Shown here: positions 43,245-55,900 of the stretch, in pieces
Layout: every line of letters begins with the position of its first letter
How positions within the stretch are numbered: the first letter of the stretch is position 1
Program-made: the position numbers and the translations under genes
Notes under the pieces: generated by a model
What the model was told of the DNA's origin: nothing
What the model saw: the letters and a program-made list of their open reading frames with translations, nothing else
Database searches by the model: none
Assembly: GCF_009914755.1 (NCBI RefSeq)
Contig: NC_060930.1
Origin: the human T2T-CHM13v2.0 reference genome, Homo sapiens
Reading direction: 5' to 3' (one strand)
Length of the DNA stretch: 64,000 bases

Positions 43245-44159
43245 CTGGAATGACCAGAATATTGTTTCCTAATTGTTCTTGATTTAATACAATTTTTGAC
43301 ACTTTTAATGAACTTCAGTGGGCAGGTAAACTCAATGGCTGGATTTTAGTATCCCCTAATGAGCTGTGACAGAATTTTAGATTAGATTCAATTTGATTTG
43401 GAGAAAAATAAACACAGCGGTACTTTTTTCAAACATATACATGCTCAGATCTGCTATATGTGAGGACCTCATCCAGATGTGTACTGAGGGTTTATGCATT
43501 GTAGAATGATAGCAATCTACAGAAATGGAGCGAGATGCTTTTGAGACAAGAGTGTTGACCTAGTTGCAGGACTTGCGTACGTGGATGAGTCTACACTGAG
43601 AAGTAACTACTGATTTGAAGTACAGCACTAACGTATGCTGAAACTAAGTTGATTAAAAACTGCTCACGCATGAAACAAAATAAAAACGCGTACATCTGGA
43701 TGTTATTGAGGCAGTACTGAAAGAAGACAATGCTTCTGAAAATCCAACCTATATCCAACTTACATAATTATTTATTCATGCTTGCCCAATCATAGAAGAT
43801 TATGCTTTTTACATGGAAGCAAACTATCTCTGGAATCCTTTAGTGCCTCAAATTTATATGTAGCTACTGGGATGGGCCATTCTTTAAGAGACTTACAGGT
43901 TTACTGATGAAAGGGGTTGTAGAATAAATAGCAAGGAGAGAAACAGCTGACCAGTTGCTTTTCTACTACTACTTCCAGGAAGAAAAGACCAGCAGTGTGT
44001 TCTAAAAACCCATTAAGGGGAGAGGATATAAGACAGTCCCACAGGAGTAGGAGACAGGAGTTAGAGATTTAGTAGGGCAATCAACCACTTAAAAATTTTT
44101 AGCGTGAATCCCAAGTTATTTGATATATAGTTGAGTTTAAGGCTCTGAAAATAATGGAC

Positions 44160-45024
44160 ACCTGCTTCTAATTCTGCCAATTTTTCTGGAGAAATAGCAG
44201 AACTACAGGGAGAAATATCAGACCGATACACACAGACGCTATATTCTGAGGTATCCAAACTTCCATATTTGGTCAAGTACTGTACGTTGAGCCAGAAAGA
44301 GCAGAACTGACTTTCCTCAAATTAATAATGTGGAGTTGAATATGAACATTTCTATTACAATGAAGAGTTGTTCTTTTGCATATCCTAGACACCGTTTAAG
44401 CCTCAGGTATTTTTGTGTGACACAAAGATGTGTGAGAGATACCAAAACATATTACTGAAGTTCAATTTTACACCATTCTTGTAATTTGGGGCTTAGGGAT
44501 TATTTAGAGAAATTAAGCAATGTAGAATATTTTTCTCCGGCAGGTGGTGAAGGGAAACTCACATCAGTTATATTTTCATTGTGAGTGCTTCCCATGGTAG
44601 TCACAAACACATCCATTTCTCCAGTATACTGTGGAATTTCAAACAAGGAGAAAAATCTGATGAAGTTCAGCTCCTGCCTAGCAAATTCTAATCGGGTTAA
44701 TCAATATCAGCCAGCTCTACCTTCAAAATAACAAATGTTGTGACATATGCTATGCAGAGTTTGGCAGCAAACAATTGGCCAAGAAAAGAAGTAATGGGAT
44801 CAGATGTGAGGAAAGAGAAAAATAAGTATGATAGCAAGAATACCCGTACTCTTTAAGAGGTAAGGCAGAAGAATTAAACATTTAAGGCACAGCAGGGATT
44901 GACAAAGAAAAAAAAAATTGACCTTCAGGGAAGGTTCCCAGTTCGGAGATGTGAGATTATTGTTAACAGACACTTTATGCCTGAACAGTTTGTTATCTAA
45001 ATACATTTCCATGGACCCATACGT
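44160..45024 (-). pseudogene. Cluster of three degenerate EGF exon remnants (44923-45024, 44563-44720, ~44160-44390)
   Basis: KCI*ITNCSGIKCL; SPCL-ST..NGCVCDYHGKH ending at |gtgagt; NNSS-C, QFCS, VCVYRSD. Confidence 0.6.
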
Positions 45025-45249
45025 TTGAAATTAAATGGGTGAATTTTCAGAGAAATCCTTAGTTTTCCCAGCATTGATGTCTTCCCAAAGCATATTATAT
45101 TGTGTTTTAAAATAAATGATTAAAAGGGTATATTTAACACCTCATATATTATATCTCACCTGATTGACCAATTGCCAAATAAAGCTTATCTCCATTTTTT
45201 CTGAGTTTAGGATTATACTTATAAAATAAAGGTTACTATAAAAATTTGG

Positions 45250-45293
45250 TTTTTTAAATTATACTTTAAGTTTTAGGGTACATGTGCACAATG
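45250..45293 (-). mobile_element. Extremely truncated L1PA 3' tip
   Basis: ttttttaaattatactttaagttttagggtacatgtgcacaatg flanked by taaaaat(t/a)tg. Confidence 0.7.
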
Positions 45294-45421
45294 TAAAAAT
45301 ATGTTTTTATTTCCTGTAAATACTTTTAATAAGACATTTAAAATAGGTTAAAACTACAGTGCCTGGATAAAAGTGCTTGAATCTCCTAATCCTCCATGTA
45401 AATCTTAAATAAGCAATATAC

Positions 45422-45515
45422 CCGTGAGATCTCTAAATCCACAAATGCAAATTGTCTATTTATGTTGCCAACAAGCCAGATGACATTCAGAGCTTCCTCA
45501 ATACCCATGAAACAC
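45422..45515 (-). pseudogene. Degenerate EGF exon remnant
   Basis: cag|G TGT phase-2 start CFMGIEEAL; ECHLACWQHK*TICIC. Confidence 0.5.
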
Positions 45516-47811
45516 CTGCTTGCTCCAATTATTAGATTTTCAAATGCTATTTAATATCTCATATATTACATAAATTTTATGGATAAACCTAGATATATAT
45601 ACATATATTAAAACCATTATTTTCTTCATTATATTCTTTATAATCGTATTAATATAAAGTAACAAATAAATATTAAGTAACAAATTCAGAAGCAGATCAC
45701 TTTTTTTCTAAAGGAATCAGAGAGAAATTTTGTCACACCTACATATGCCTGCATAGTGTTTAACTTGGAATGATACAAAAGTCTTTAATTCATCAATTAC
45801 ACTATTAATTTTACATATTCTAAAATTACATACTCATATCTCCCTCAAGATTTTCAAGGTTCCTTATCTTCTTTTTCATAAAGATGTTAAAACATAATTA
45901 ATGGCTTGGTGAATAATTTTCATCCATACAGATATAAGAAGCTTAGGAGATATCAAAAAATATGTTTAAAAATAAGCTATTTATGGATCTACAGAGTCCT
46001 TCCCATATGTTTTAAGTTACTTTAAGCTTTTAATTCTTGAAATGTGATTAGATTAATCTAAATAAAGATAAAAAGAAAGCAAGCACATGCGACGGATGCC
46101 ATGTTATCCATGTAGTTCTGTGCATATTAATTCTAAAATTGACTATGTTCCTAGGCCTACAGACCTGGTTTGAAGATTCATTCTGCCTGTTTCTTTGTTT
46201 CTGGTTTTTTTTTTTTTTTTTTTTTGCATCATTAGCTTAAAAAACATTGCATTAATAACTCCTGGTGAGTTGAACTCATTGTCTCCAGTCCAAGTGGAGG
46301 AGATCCTTAGTCTCCTTCCTTCCATAACTCTCTTCCCACTTGAACTGGAGATGATGATTATTGCATAAATGCTCAGGATATTTTTGCATTTGAACCCACA
46401 TAATTACCCCAGCCTAAGTAAAGTAGTCATAATAGACTTTTCATTCTACTCCCACATTTAATCAATAGCAGAATATTTTATTTTTACCTTCCAAATTCTC
46501 TGGATCCTACCCTGTCTTCTCCCATTATACTGCTTTAGCTGGACTCACATTCCCCTCACCTTGATCATTGCAGTACTTGGCACTTTGTCTCTTTAACCAG
46601 ATAAACCTCTCCCAAAAATTATTTTTCTAAAATACAAATTTGACCATTTAACTCCCTCACTTACAAACTTGGAAAGTTACAAACTTCAAAAGGACCCTCT
46701 CTCATTGTTTATAGAATCAGTTTCATCAGTTCAGTAAGCATTTTTTACAAGTCTCCATCCTACCCCACAAATACTATTTTGTTTTACCTCTACTACTTTT
46801 TTTTAATTTAAATGATGGTTCCTTGTAATCCATCAAATCTCATCTTTCTTTACTTCCATTTTTTTCTTATGCTTTGATACCAAATATATCAATGTGATAA
46901 GCTCATCCTTTGAGATTGAGGACAAAGCATACCTCCTGTTGAAGCCTTACACAATCTCTCAAAATATAGTAGGTTTAATCTTTATTTTTTCACTGAAACT
47001 TTATGTACTTGTAGTGTGTTGTTCTTATATACTCTATTCCATTTGTTTACAAGTTTCACTAAAATATTGTAAGCTTATTCATTTAAGACATTTATCTAAT
47101 TTATTCATATGCCTTTAGCATATGTTAGGTTGAAAGCATCTAACAAATATTCATTAAGTAAATAGTTAATTTAAAAAATTGATCTATGTAGAGTGACTAG
47201 GCCATATATGATGCAATCTATACCTGTGCTATTCTGAATATATGATATATATTATATCTATCTATAATATATATAAGTACATATATAATTAACACATTTA
47301 TACCTATGTCTGTATCTCTCTATCTCAAATAAAAAATGTTACAGGAGCCAAAAGAAAACATTTATAGTTTTAAAATTTTTCACATATTTAAGTATCTGAA
47401 TATCTACATAAATAAAGTAGAATTGGACAGTTTAATCTGCAGTTTCTTTAGAGTAAGCAAAGTGAATGTCTATTTCTACAGAAATGGAAAATACTAATAA
47501 CATTCTCTGACTGTCTTTCTTTGTCTCTCTATAATATACATGCCCACACACAAATATACAAATACATTGATCTTTCAAGTTAAAAAACTCACAATATAAT
47601 CCTTTTATCTTCCAATATATCACTATCAGGTTTATAGTTCTGCTGAACTGAAAAATTTTGGGAGAAGCTTAGAAAACTTTTATGGATAAAGAGAAATCAA
47701 AATCATGCTTTTAAAATTGGAAGGCAAGAAGAATTTTCAGCTGTATAAATTGGCCTACAAAAGGTATTGCTAAAGAATTAAAGTATGCTGCAAATGTACA
47801 GATGCCCTGAC

Positions 47812-48008
47812 CTGTGGAGATACAGTAATTCCACTGACAATAAGCATCATGAGCAATTATTTTTATTTCCTTACTGCCCAATGTCTTTGATGAAAAAGTA
47901 CTATCAACCTAGACTACAGAATGTGGCATTAAAGTTTAATTCTCTTCAATCAGGTAGGCAGAGATCAAATTCTGACACTGGCTTTTATTGTGGAAGAGTT
48001 AGAACTTT
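47812..48008 (-). pseudogene. Degenerate two-cbEGF exon remnant
   Basis: Acceptor gattttcag|, donor CAG|gtcagg; SSN..HNKSQCQNLISAY, TFCSL-VD. Confidence 0.6.
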
Positions 48009-49389
48009 CTGAAAATCTCTTTTAAACCACTGAAGCAAACCAAAAATGTTATAAGAGCCAAAAGAAAACATATGCAGTTTTTTTTCACATATTCAAATAT
48101 CTCCACACCTACATAAGGAAAGTATAACCAGAGAGTTTAATCTAATTTTTTTTTCCAAAGGAAGCTTTTTTTTTTTTAAAGTTTAGTCTTGCTGCTTATT
48201 TAACTCTTTAGATTCCTGTCTTGTTTTTGCATTATCACAGTTGTATAAGCAGGCTTTCCTATAAATTAAAACATTAACAGCAGAAAAGTAAAATACCATA
48301 TAATTCCATACACTGACATTAGCTTTTTTACGTTTTTACTTAAAAAATAAAAATAATCATATTGATAGTTTTTTTGTTTTCAATGTGAATATGACTTATG
48401 AAGTGTAGCTAAAATTTGAAAATGTAGCTGCAAGCATGGGATATATTTTTGAAAATAATGAACAAAAGGACCTGAATTTTGAACATTTTTTCACAATTGC
48501 ACGTCAGATTAATCTGCTATAATAGAAGCACACATTAAGCACAATAAAGTATTTATCAGTGTTCAAAATTACTATTTTTTACGCCCCTCTCATCTGAATG
48601 AACTGTCTTTCTAAATAATGAGAAGTTTATCTCATTGTTTCTTTTAACTAATTCTACTTCAATTTTTATAACTTTATAGTTCTGGGAAATACATCCTTAC
48701 TTTCAAAAGGGCATCACTTCCAGAAAACATCTGAATGTTTAAAAAAAAATCATCATTTTAGGGCCAGTCATAAGTTTAAAAGACTGAAAAGTAGCACATG
48801 TAAATTTGTAAAAGTCAAATGTAATTTTTTTATATAGGACAAGCATTAAGCACTAAAACTGATTTAACGAAGATACACTTTTGAAGAAAACATAAGTGTT
48901 TATATTTTTCTCACCACTGATAACTCAAATACAGATTAAAAACCATATCATTCTAAGAATTGCTAAACTATATACACAGAAAAAATGTATTTTTATCAAT
49001 TCATTCAAATAATATACTATACAGATTATAAAAGGTGTGGAATGTTTCACATCCAAAGTTACTTACATATAATTTAACATTTTTTTTGTATCCACTTTTT
49101 AAAAGAAGAAAAAGCTGCTGAAATTGTTATATACTCTGGGTTGATAACTGACTCTGTAAATTTCTACCTTTGTTGATGAATTGAACATTCTATAGCTATT
49201 TAGCCATTATGTGTTTTTGAATCCTTTTTAATGTATTTTATTAAAATTCTTTTATTTAAAATGAAAAGGCTAATAGATGTGTCAGAATTATATCAAAGAA
49301 AGAAAAAAGTACAAAGAAAAGACAAAATCATACGATAATTTTATTCTAATTATTTCATAATCACCTATGACATAAATTGGCAAGCCAGG

Positions 49390-49560
49390 CTTCATGAGGA
49401 GAAAGAAGGAAGTGGACATGGTAGAAAGAAATGTACCATACCCGTCTTAACTAGTCGCTGAGGAGAGATTCTCCAAACAAGATTATCTTTGCCAATCTAT
49501 CTTTGCCTATCTCATGAAGTCCCCTGCCACACTCTGATTAGGTTGGCTGTAGACCATGCT
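49390..49560 (-). pseudogene. Degenerate cbEGF remnant
   Basis: WQGTS*; in-frame IDWQR*SCLENLSSATS*DGYGTFLST then CP. Confidence 0.6.
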
Positions 49561-49612
49561 ATTTAATAAATGGGGATACTAATTTGTTATAAGAGAGTTA
49601 TAACAAATTTCT

Positions 49613-49945
49613 TTTTCTTTTTTTTTTTTTTTTTTTTTTTTTTTTGAGACGGAGTCTCACTCTGTCGCCCAGCCTGGAGTGCAGTAGCGCGATCTTGGCT
49701 CACTGCAAGCTCCTCCTCCCAGGTTCACGCCATTCTCCTGCCTCAGCCTCCTGAGTAGCTGGGACTACAGGCGCCCACCACCATGCCCGGCTAATATTTT
49801 TTATTTTTAGTAGAGATGAGATTTCACCTCTGTGGCTAACACCTCTGTGTTAGCCAGGATGGTCTCTAACTCCTGACCTCATGATCCATCCGCCTCGGCT
49901 TCCCTAAAGTGCTGGGATTACAGGAGTGAGCCACCACGTCCGGCC
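49613..49945 (-). mobile_element. AluY
   Basis: Long poly(T); 18-bp TSD gagttataacaaatttct at 49595-49612 and 49946-49963. Confidence 0.95.
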
Positions 49946-50485
49946 GAGTTATAACAAATTTCTGAGTTTCATAAACAGTAACTAAACAAGGTTTTTGAGC
50001 GTGTAATTCTTTATGTTCCAGTACCTTTGCTCTTTCTTGTTAACCTTCTCTTATCAAATGAAGCAGACCTATAAATAAATACTGTAAGATGGCTAACAAA
50101 CTGCCACCAAAATAAAAACAAAATAAACTTAATTTTATATTATCCTAATTTATAAAATTCTTTTAAATTGATACTTCTTCATTCATACTTCATATTTTCA
50201 CACTACTAATTTACCTAAAGTGTTAGTGCAAAATTAAAATATGCAGATAAGTTATTTTTAACATCATCCCTTCTCTGTTATTCTCCATTAATTAATAACA
50301 AACTATCTCAAGATGAAGTTTACCAGTGAGTTCCCTGGTTAAAATCAGTTATTTGCCAATTTGCTTCATGTAAAAAGATTTTATGTATCATCTATCTATG
50401 TGTCTAATCATCTATCATTTATCATCTATCTCTTTGTGAACATCTGCTGAGACTAGACTGATTTGCCACAATTATTTGGCTAAAC

Positions 50486-51708
50486 TGATGGCAGCCACAA
50501 GCCCTCTGGAGTGGCTACTGTGAAGACACCAGCTGCTGTGGTGAGGCGGGCAGCTCCAGGTGCTGGCACAGGTGCTGGCTCCATGCAAGGTTACAACTGG
50601 ACCAGAGGTACTGCACGTAGCTCCCACTGCAGGCACCCACATCTGGACGAGGGGAATGCAGTGGTTCCCAGAAGCTTGGAGATGCCATGTGGTCCTCAGA
50701 AGCTTGGAGAGGAGCTTCATTGATCAGCAGAACAGCTCTTAGGAGGCCCGAAGTGGGTAGTTGCTTTCTGTAGGCAGGTTATCCCAGGAGACCCAGAGTG
50801 GGTAGCTCCTTTCCAGCTCTCTGCAGAGAGCAAATCTGGAGTGGGTACCTCCTTTTCATAGGCAGGTTGACCCTACAAGTCAAGGAGACTCAAATTGGGT
50901 AGCTCCTTTCCACAGCTGGTCATCCAGATGTCTCTCTGAGTCTGGCTGAGTAGGGGGACTGAAGGTGTGTGTGTGGGGGGGTTGGTTTATGGGCTTTAGA
51001 AGGGAGGAAGTGTGTGCTGATTGGCCATGGTTGGGTCTGGAAAAAGCACCATGAGTTCTAAATCCCAAAGTAGACTCCACCTGGAACTGACAGCCTGGCC
51101 CCATGCTTCACGCCTTCCCTGGCTTGAAGGTGGGGCATCAATGGGGACTCACCCCTTTCTGCCCAGGAGCCTGTCTGCCTCCCACCATCATCAATCATGT
51201 TGTCCAAGGCGCTCAGGCTGTTCTTGTGGAGGGGCATCTGCAGGTCCATAGGGAGCTACCCTCAGCATCCCCTTGGCCTCCCTCTTGTGTTTGTCAGTGC
51301 CCAAAATCTGGAGGGGGCCAGGGCGGCAGAGGGCTGGCATGTCAGCATCACCCAAAGCATGGGCACACCTGGCCGGTCCTGACAGTGCCTGGGCTTGGCC
51401 TCAACCTTGCTCCAAAATTGGAGCAGGTGCCAGGAGTGGGGAAGAGTCCAGGCAGCAAGAGCAGGCACTTCCAAGACTGTGGGGCCATGGGGTAGGCTCT
51501 CCAGGGCCCCCAGAGCACAGGGATGCCTGGGTTCACAGCCATGGCTGGGTGGCTGCAGCTGCGCCCGGGAGGGTAGGGCTCTCACCCAACCGACTTGGAA
51601 GGGGGCGTGGTTCCTGCCTGCTCCTTGGAGTGTAACCCTGGCTGTGCCTCACCTACTGCAGCCAGTGTCTTTGCAGTGGCTGGTCCAGATGGGCCACACC
51701 TACAATCA
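50486..51708 (-). mobile_element. MER52-like ERV1 solo LTR (GC-rich)
   Basis: TG...CA termini, near 4-bp TSD aaac/aaat, MER52A-like 5' end on the minus strand. Confidence 0.8.
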
Positions 51709-52822
51709 AAATTATCTGGAGGTATGTAATTTATTACAATAAAATTGTTATTTATTAAAGGCATCAAATTTTGCTTTGAGACAGCCATTTGATATTTATC
51801 AGTTAAAATAGTTTGAACTCTTTCTCTAGAAAATTCAGTATACTTGGTATAACTTGTTTAGTATTATTAAAGATTAACTTTGATAGGAATTAACAGTAAA
51901 GATAGTAGAACTGGACATCAATATTTACTTCTTTTCACACTCTAGTAAATTAAAAGAAGTGTGACATATAACAATTCACTTTTATTCTTACCAAAATTTA
52001 AATGGTGAACCATTTTTTACTATTTATCTTGCCACAGAAAACCACCAAACTCATTAACCATCTGGTAATTATGCCAAACAAACTATCATAAATCCATAAT
52101 TATTAGTGCCACAACTCTCTTTAATATGGTTAAATTGTCTACTTTTTTTTCCTTCATTTTTCCTTTTGGTTTCAAGAAATACAGAATTGTAATTAATTAG
52201 TCATGTTTGATCCTATGGATCGTATATGCGCCTCTTTGGCTTTTGGAATCTGATGACATACTAAAGCAACCTATGTTTGATAAAGGTGTTTTAAACCGTA
52301 GAAAATTATTTCTGCTTCATCAAAGGAAAGGAATTTGAATATATCTGTGTATTTATATTTTCTGTGAAATAGTCACAAATATATTTTAATATACATAAAA
52401 AATTCACATATTTGTGATTGGAGACTAAAACTAATTTGTAATTTTTGAATGGACACAATCATCCTATTAAAATGTATCACATACATATTTTCTTCTGCTA
52501 AAATCTATAAGAACTTCTGAAGGAAATACAGGTACAGCTATGATTTCTCAATTTTCAAATTCCAACTGCAATTTTTTTTGTACATAGTAGTTTTCCAAAA
52601 AATATTTGCTGAATTAAGTTATATAATAATTAGATGAACCATGAAATTAACTTTTTAAAATTTTAATCTTATTTTGAAATCAATTAGTTGCCTAAAAAAT
52701 ACAGCAATTGCCAATTTTCAGTGTAAGTATTATGTGTAAATCAGATACTCTTTAATGTAAATTCACTTGGTGAATTAAACGAGTAGTCTCATTTTATTTT
52801 CTACATATGGCAATAAAGTAAC

Positions 52823-52917
52823 CTTAATTGTATCCCCAAATGGAATAAACAGATGTATTTTTAAAATTGAACTTGATGCTGTTGAGCAAACACTATTTGT
52901 GTTTGATAGAATGAAAT
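52823..52917 (-). pseudogene. Possible degenerate EGF exon remnant
   Basis: tag|...CLLNSIKFNFKNTSVYSIWGYN*|gttact. Confidence 0.3.
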
Positions 52918-55549
52918 CTATTATATTGAATGCATAGGCTTTTTCTGTTACTCGTTTAAATTTTTGATTGAACATGTGATCACTAACTGTGGTTTACCAT
53001 CACATTTAGTATAGCTGACATTGATTTTATCTAGAAAATAATCTAGATTTACCTTTCAAAAATAATTTGATCATAAATTATTGCTAGGTATTTTGAAAGG
53101 CAAACTATAATAAATTCTCACTACTCAAAATATATTTTTATTTATTTATCTATGGAATGACACAGAAAAGTAGAAATCATAACAGGACTAAACAGAAAAA
53201 GGTGTGTAAGGTATTATATTCAAAATCAGTTCCAAAAGTTATGCAAAAGCTGGAACTATGAAAATTTTAATGAATTCTAATTTATTATTTAATAATATTT
53301 ATTTAGTAAAATTATATTTTAGATTGATTCAATTTGTTAATAATATTTGAAATATCTGTAAGTATTTCAAAAATTCTGATTTGGAGAACTAAAGTACAAA
53401 AATACATAATTTTTAAAAATCCCAAGGAAATTTGAAATTCTAGTAATTTTATTTAAAACATGAACAAAGAAAAATATTTAGTAAGCAATTATAAGGGTTG
53501 TGATAGTTCAGGAGGTCATCAGAAAAAGATTTCATTATTATGAGATGAAATTGTAAAAAAAATCTTACATGTGAATATAGGAAAAGGCCTACTAATTTGA
53601 TGGATAAAATATAATTTTAAAATTATGACATAATTACTAATAAGAATACATTAAAAAATCAAAATAGGTTGATGTTTTAAATTTGAATCTCTCCATGTTG
53701 TGAAGTAATAGTCATAAATTTAGAGTATTACATGTTCCATCTTTTATTTTTGAAAATATAATCTCTATTTAATAAAATGTCACCTAAACTACAGCTGTTA
53801 AAATACCAACATCATTTTCCAAGCTGTAAAACTAATTAACTTAAAGCTAAGTTGATTAATGATAGTTGAAAATGGTTATTGTACAATCAATATCACTACC
53901 CTGTAACCATCATAAGTTACCTAACTTCTCTTAGTCTTTATTTTGGAGTTTTTTATCTAAGCATATAAGAAAATAGCTTCTGTCCTTCCTCAATATGATA
54001 CCAGTATGGATTACTTATCTCAAATATTTTTTTTAACAATATTATAGGATATCGTGGTCCCTAAGAATATATAATTTAAAATAATTCACTTTTACTGATT
54101 TTCCTGCAATCTTTTTAAAAAGAAACTTGAAAATGTCAGGAATCAAACATTAAAGCTTACTAATCTTTTAACAAATAATTAGTGTGAATTAATTATGCTC
54201 AGTTCAAGGTAGAAAGAGTAATAAAGTTTAAGTAAATAGTAAGGGCAAGAATATGAAACACTTCAAAAATATGGAGATAACGACCAAGGAGAATCAAGTC
54301 TGGGAAAAAAAAATCATATAAGATTAAAGGGAAATTTGGAGCTGGAGGGTGGGAAAGTTGTGGGGATGGATGAGGACTCGGTAAGGCAAAGGCAGAGAGC
54401 ACTATGGAAAAAAAAAATGCCTGGAACAGGGTTTCACATATTAAAAACAAACCATCTTTGTGTCTCAGTGCTTTGTTTTATAAATCATTTCCTAAATTCT
54501 GTGTAATCTACAGATTAAAAAAGTTATGTATAATGTCTTTGCTTATTTCTGTAGTCCTCTGCTGTGTGAGTCTAATTTGAATTTTAGTGTAATTTCAACA
54601 TAGCTTTTACAGTTTAATAAAACTTACATGCATTAAAATGCTATTAAAGTGTTACACATGGTTAATAATACTTATGGATTTCTGAAAGCAGTCATTATTA
54701 CACTGAACAAAGTCATTAATGTCTTTAAACTTTGCATCAGGAAATAAAATACAAAATAGATGTCTAACTGCAAGAATAGTCATGATATCTGACTATAAAT
54801 ATTTCTTCTCTTTTTACCATATATTTTTTTCTTTTGTATTTGATATTTCAAATAAAATATACTGTAATAAAAATAAATGAGCAATGCATTGGATTCTGGT
54901 ATTGACCTTCCCACTGATTGTGACTTCAGCTTTGATGACTGACAGAGTACAAACCTCCTTAGGCCTTTGCCTTGTCACCTATATAATAACTAGGACACTA
55001 AAGGTAATCTCTGTAATCTCCCTCAGCCCTAAAACTCAATTGAGTTTACAGCTAGAAATGAAATCATCAGGTATTATATTTTCTGAACAAAAATATTTTC
55101 AATTATTTTAAATAACATATATAGTTTGGGAATGGCAGAGACTTTGAAAATCTTATCTATTATTTGTCATGTAACTTTTCTCTACTTCAGATGTGCATAT
55201 TATTAAATTGGCATTTCTTCATTACGTAATATAAAGTCAATCACTTAAATGTTTGGATTGCCTAAAACATACATTACTAAAAATAAGTTTAGGTGTTTAA
55301 AATGTCCATTCACTTCTCTATAAATCACCTGAAGTATGGTTATAGAATGATATGTTACTACACACCTAACATCTAAGTAACTGTTTATCTAAAAGAAATA
55401 CTAACTTATTTTGCTTGAAATAGTTAACTTTTATTTTATTTCAGTATGCAAAGCATACTGCCTATGTATTTGTCCACAGTAATAAGGAGACTATATGTCA
55501 GTGGTTCATTCATTTTACTATCCAGAGTCACATTCCAAACAGGCTTAAG

Positions 55550-55743
55550 TCCTTCCTTCCCTTCCTTCTCCCTCCGTCCTTCCCTTACTTCCTTCCTCCC
55601 TCCCTCCTTCCTCCCTCCCTCCTTCCTTCCTCCCTCCTTCCTTCCTCCTTTCCCTTCTTCCCTTCTTCCCTTTCTTTCCCTTCCCTTCCTCCCTTCCCTT
55701 CTTCCCTTCCCTTCTTCCCTTTCCTTCCCTTCCCTTCCCTTCC
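55550..55743. repeat. Polypyrimidine/polypurine (CCTT/CCCTT)n tract
   Basis: About 190 nt almost purely C/T. Confidence 0.95.
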
Positions 55744-55759
55744 TGTTTAAATAATCTAC

Positions 55760-55900
55760 CTATGATCACGATATAGCACACTAAGGATTTACAGTATAAA
55801 ACATGCTTTGGAAGAATTATATTTTCAACTGGCACACTGCAGCAAGGGGACACTGATGTAGACAATGTCATATGGTAGCAACATCAGAGTTTATCACATT
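55760..55900 (-). pseudogene. Degenerate EGF exon remnant
   Basis: HCLHQCPLAAVCQ (55829-55867), then ACF-YCKS; donor TAG|gtagat. Confidence 0.5.

Noticed and set aside
43400-43600. Minus-strand fragments SCN, HSCL, KYRCVY
   Set aside because: EGF-like but too sparse and without clear boundaries; could be chance.
50472-51788. Dense cluster of overlapping ORFs
   Set aside because: Product of GC-rich LTR sequence with few stop codons; no protein family signature.
52190-52345. Minus-strand FYGLK, CHQIP-QRGA after an AG
   Set aside because: Needs too many corrections to call.
55446-55871. Pro/Ser-rich and Gly/Arg/Glu-rich ORFs
   Set aside because: Translations of a simple polypyrimidine tract.
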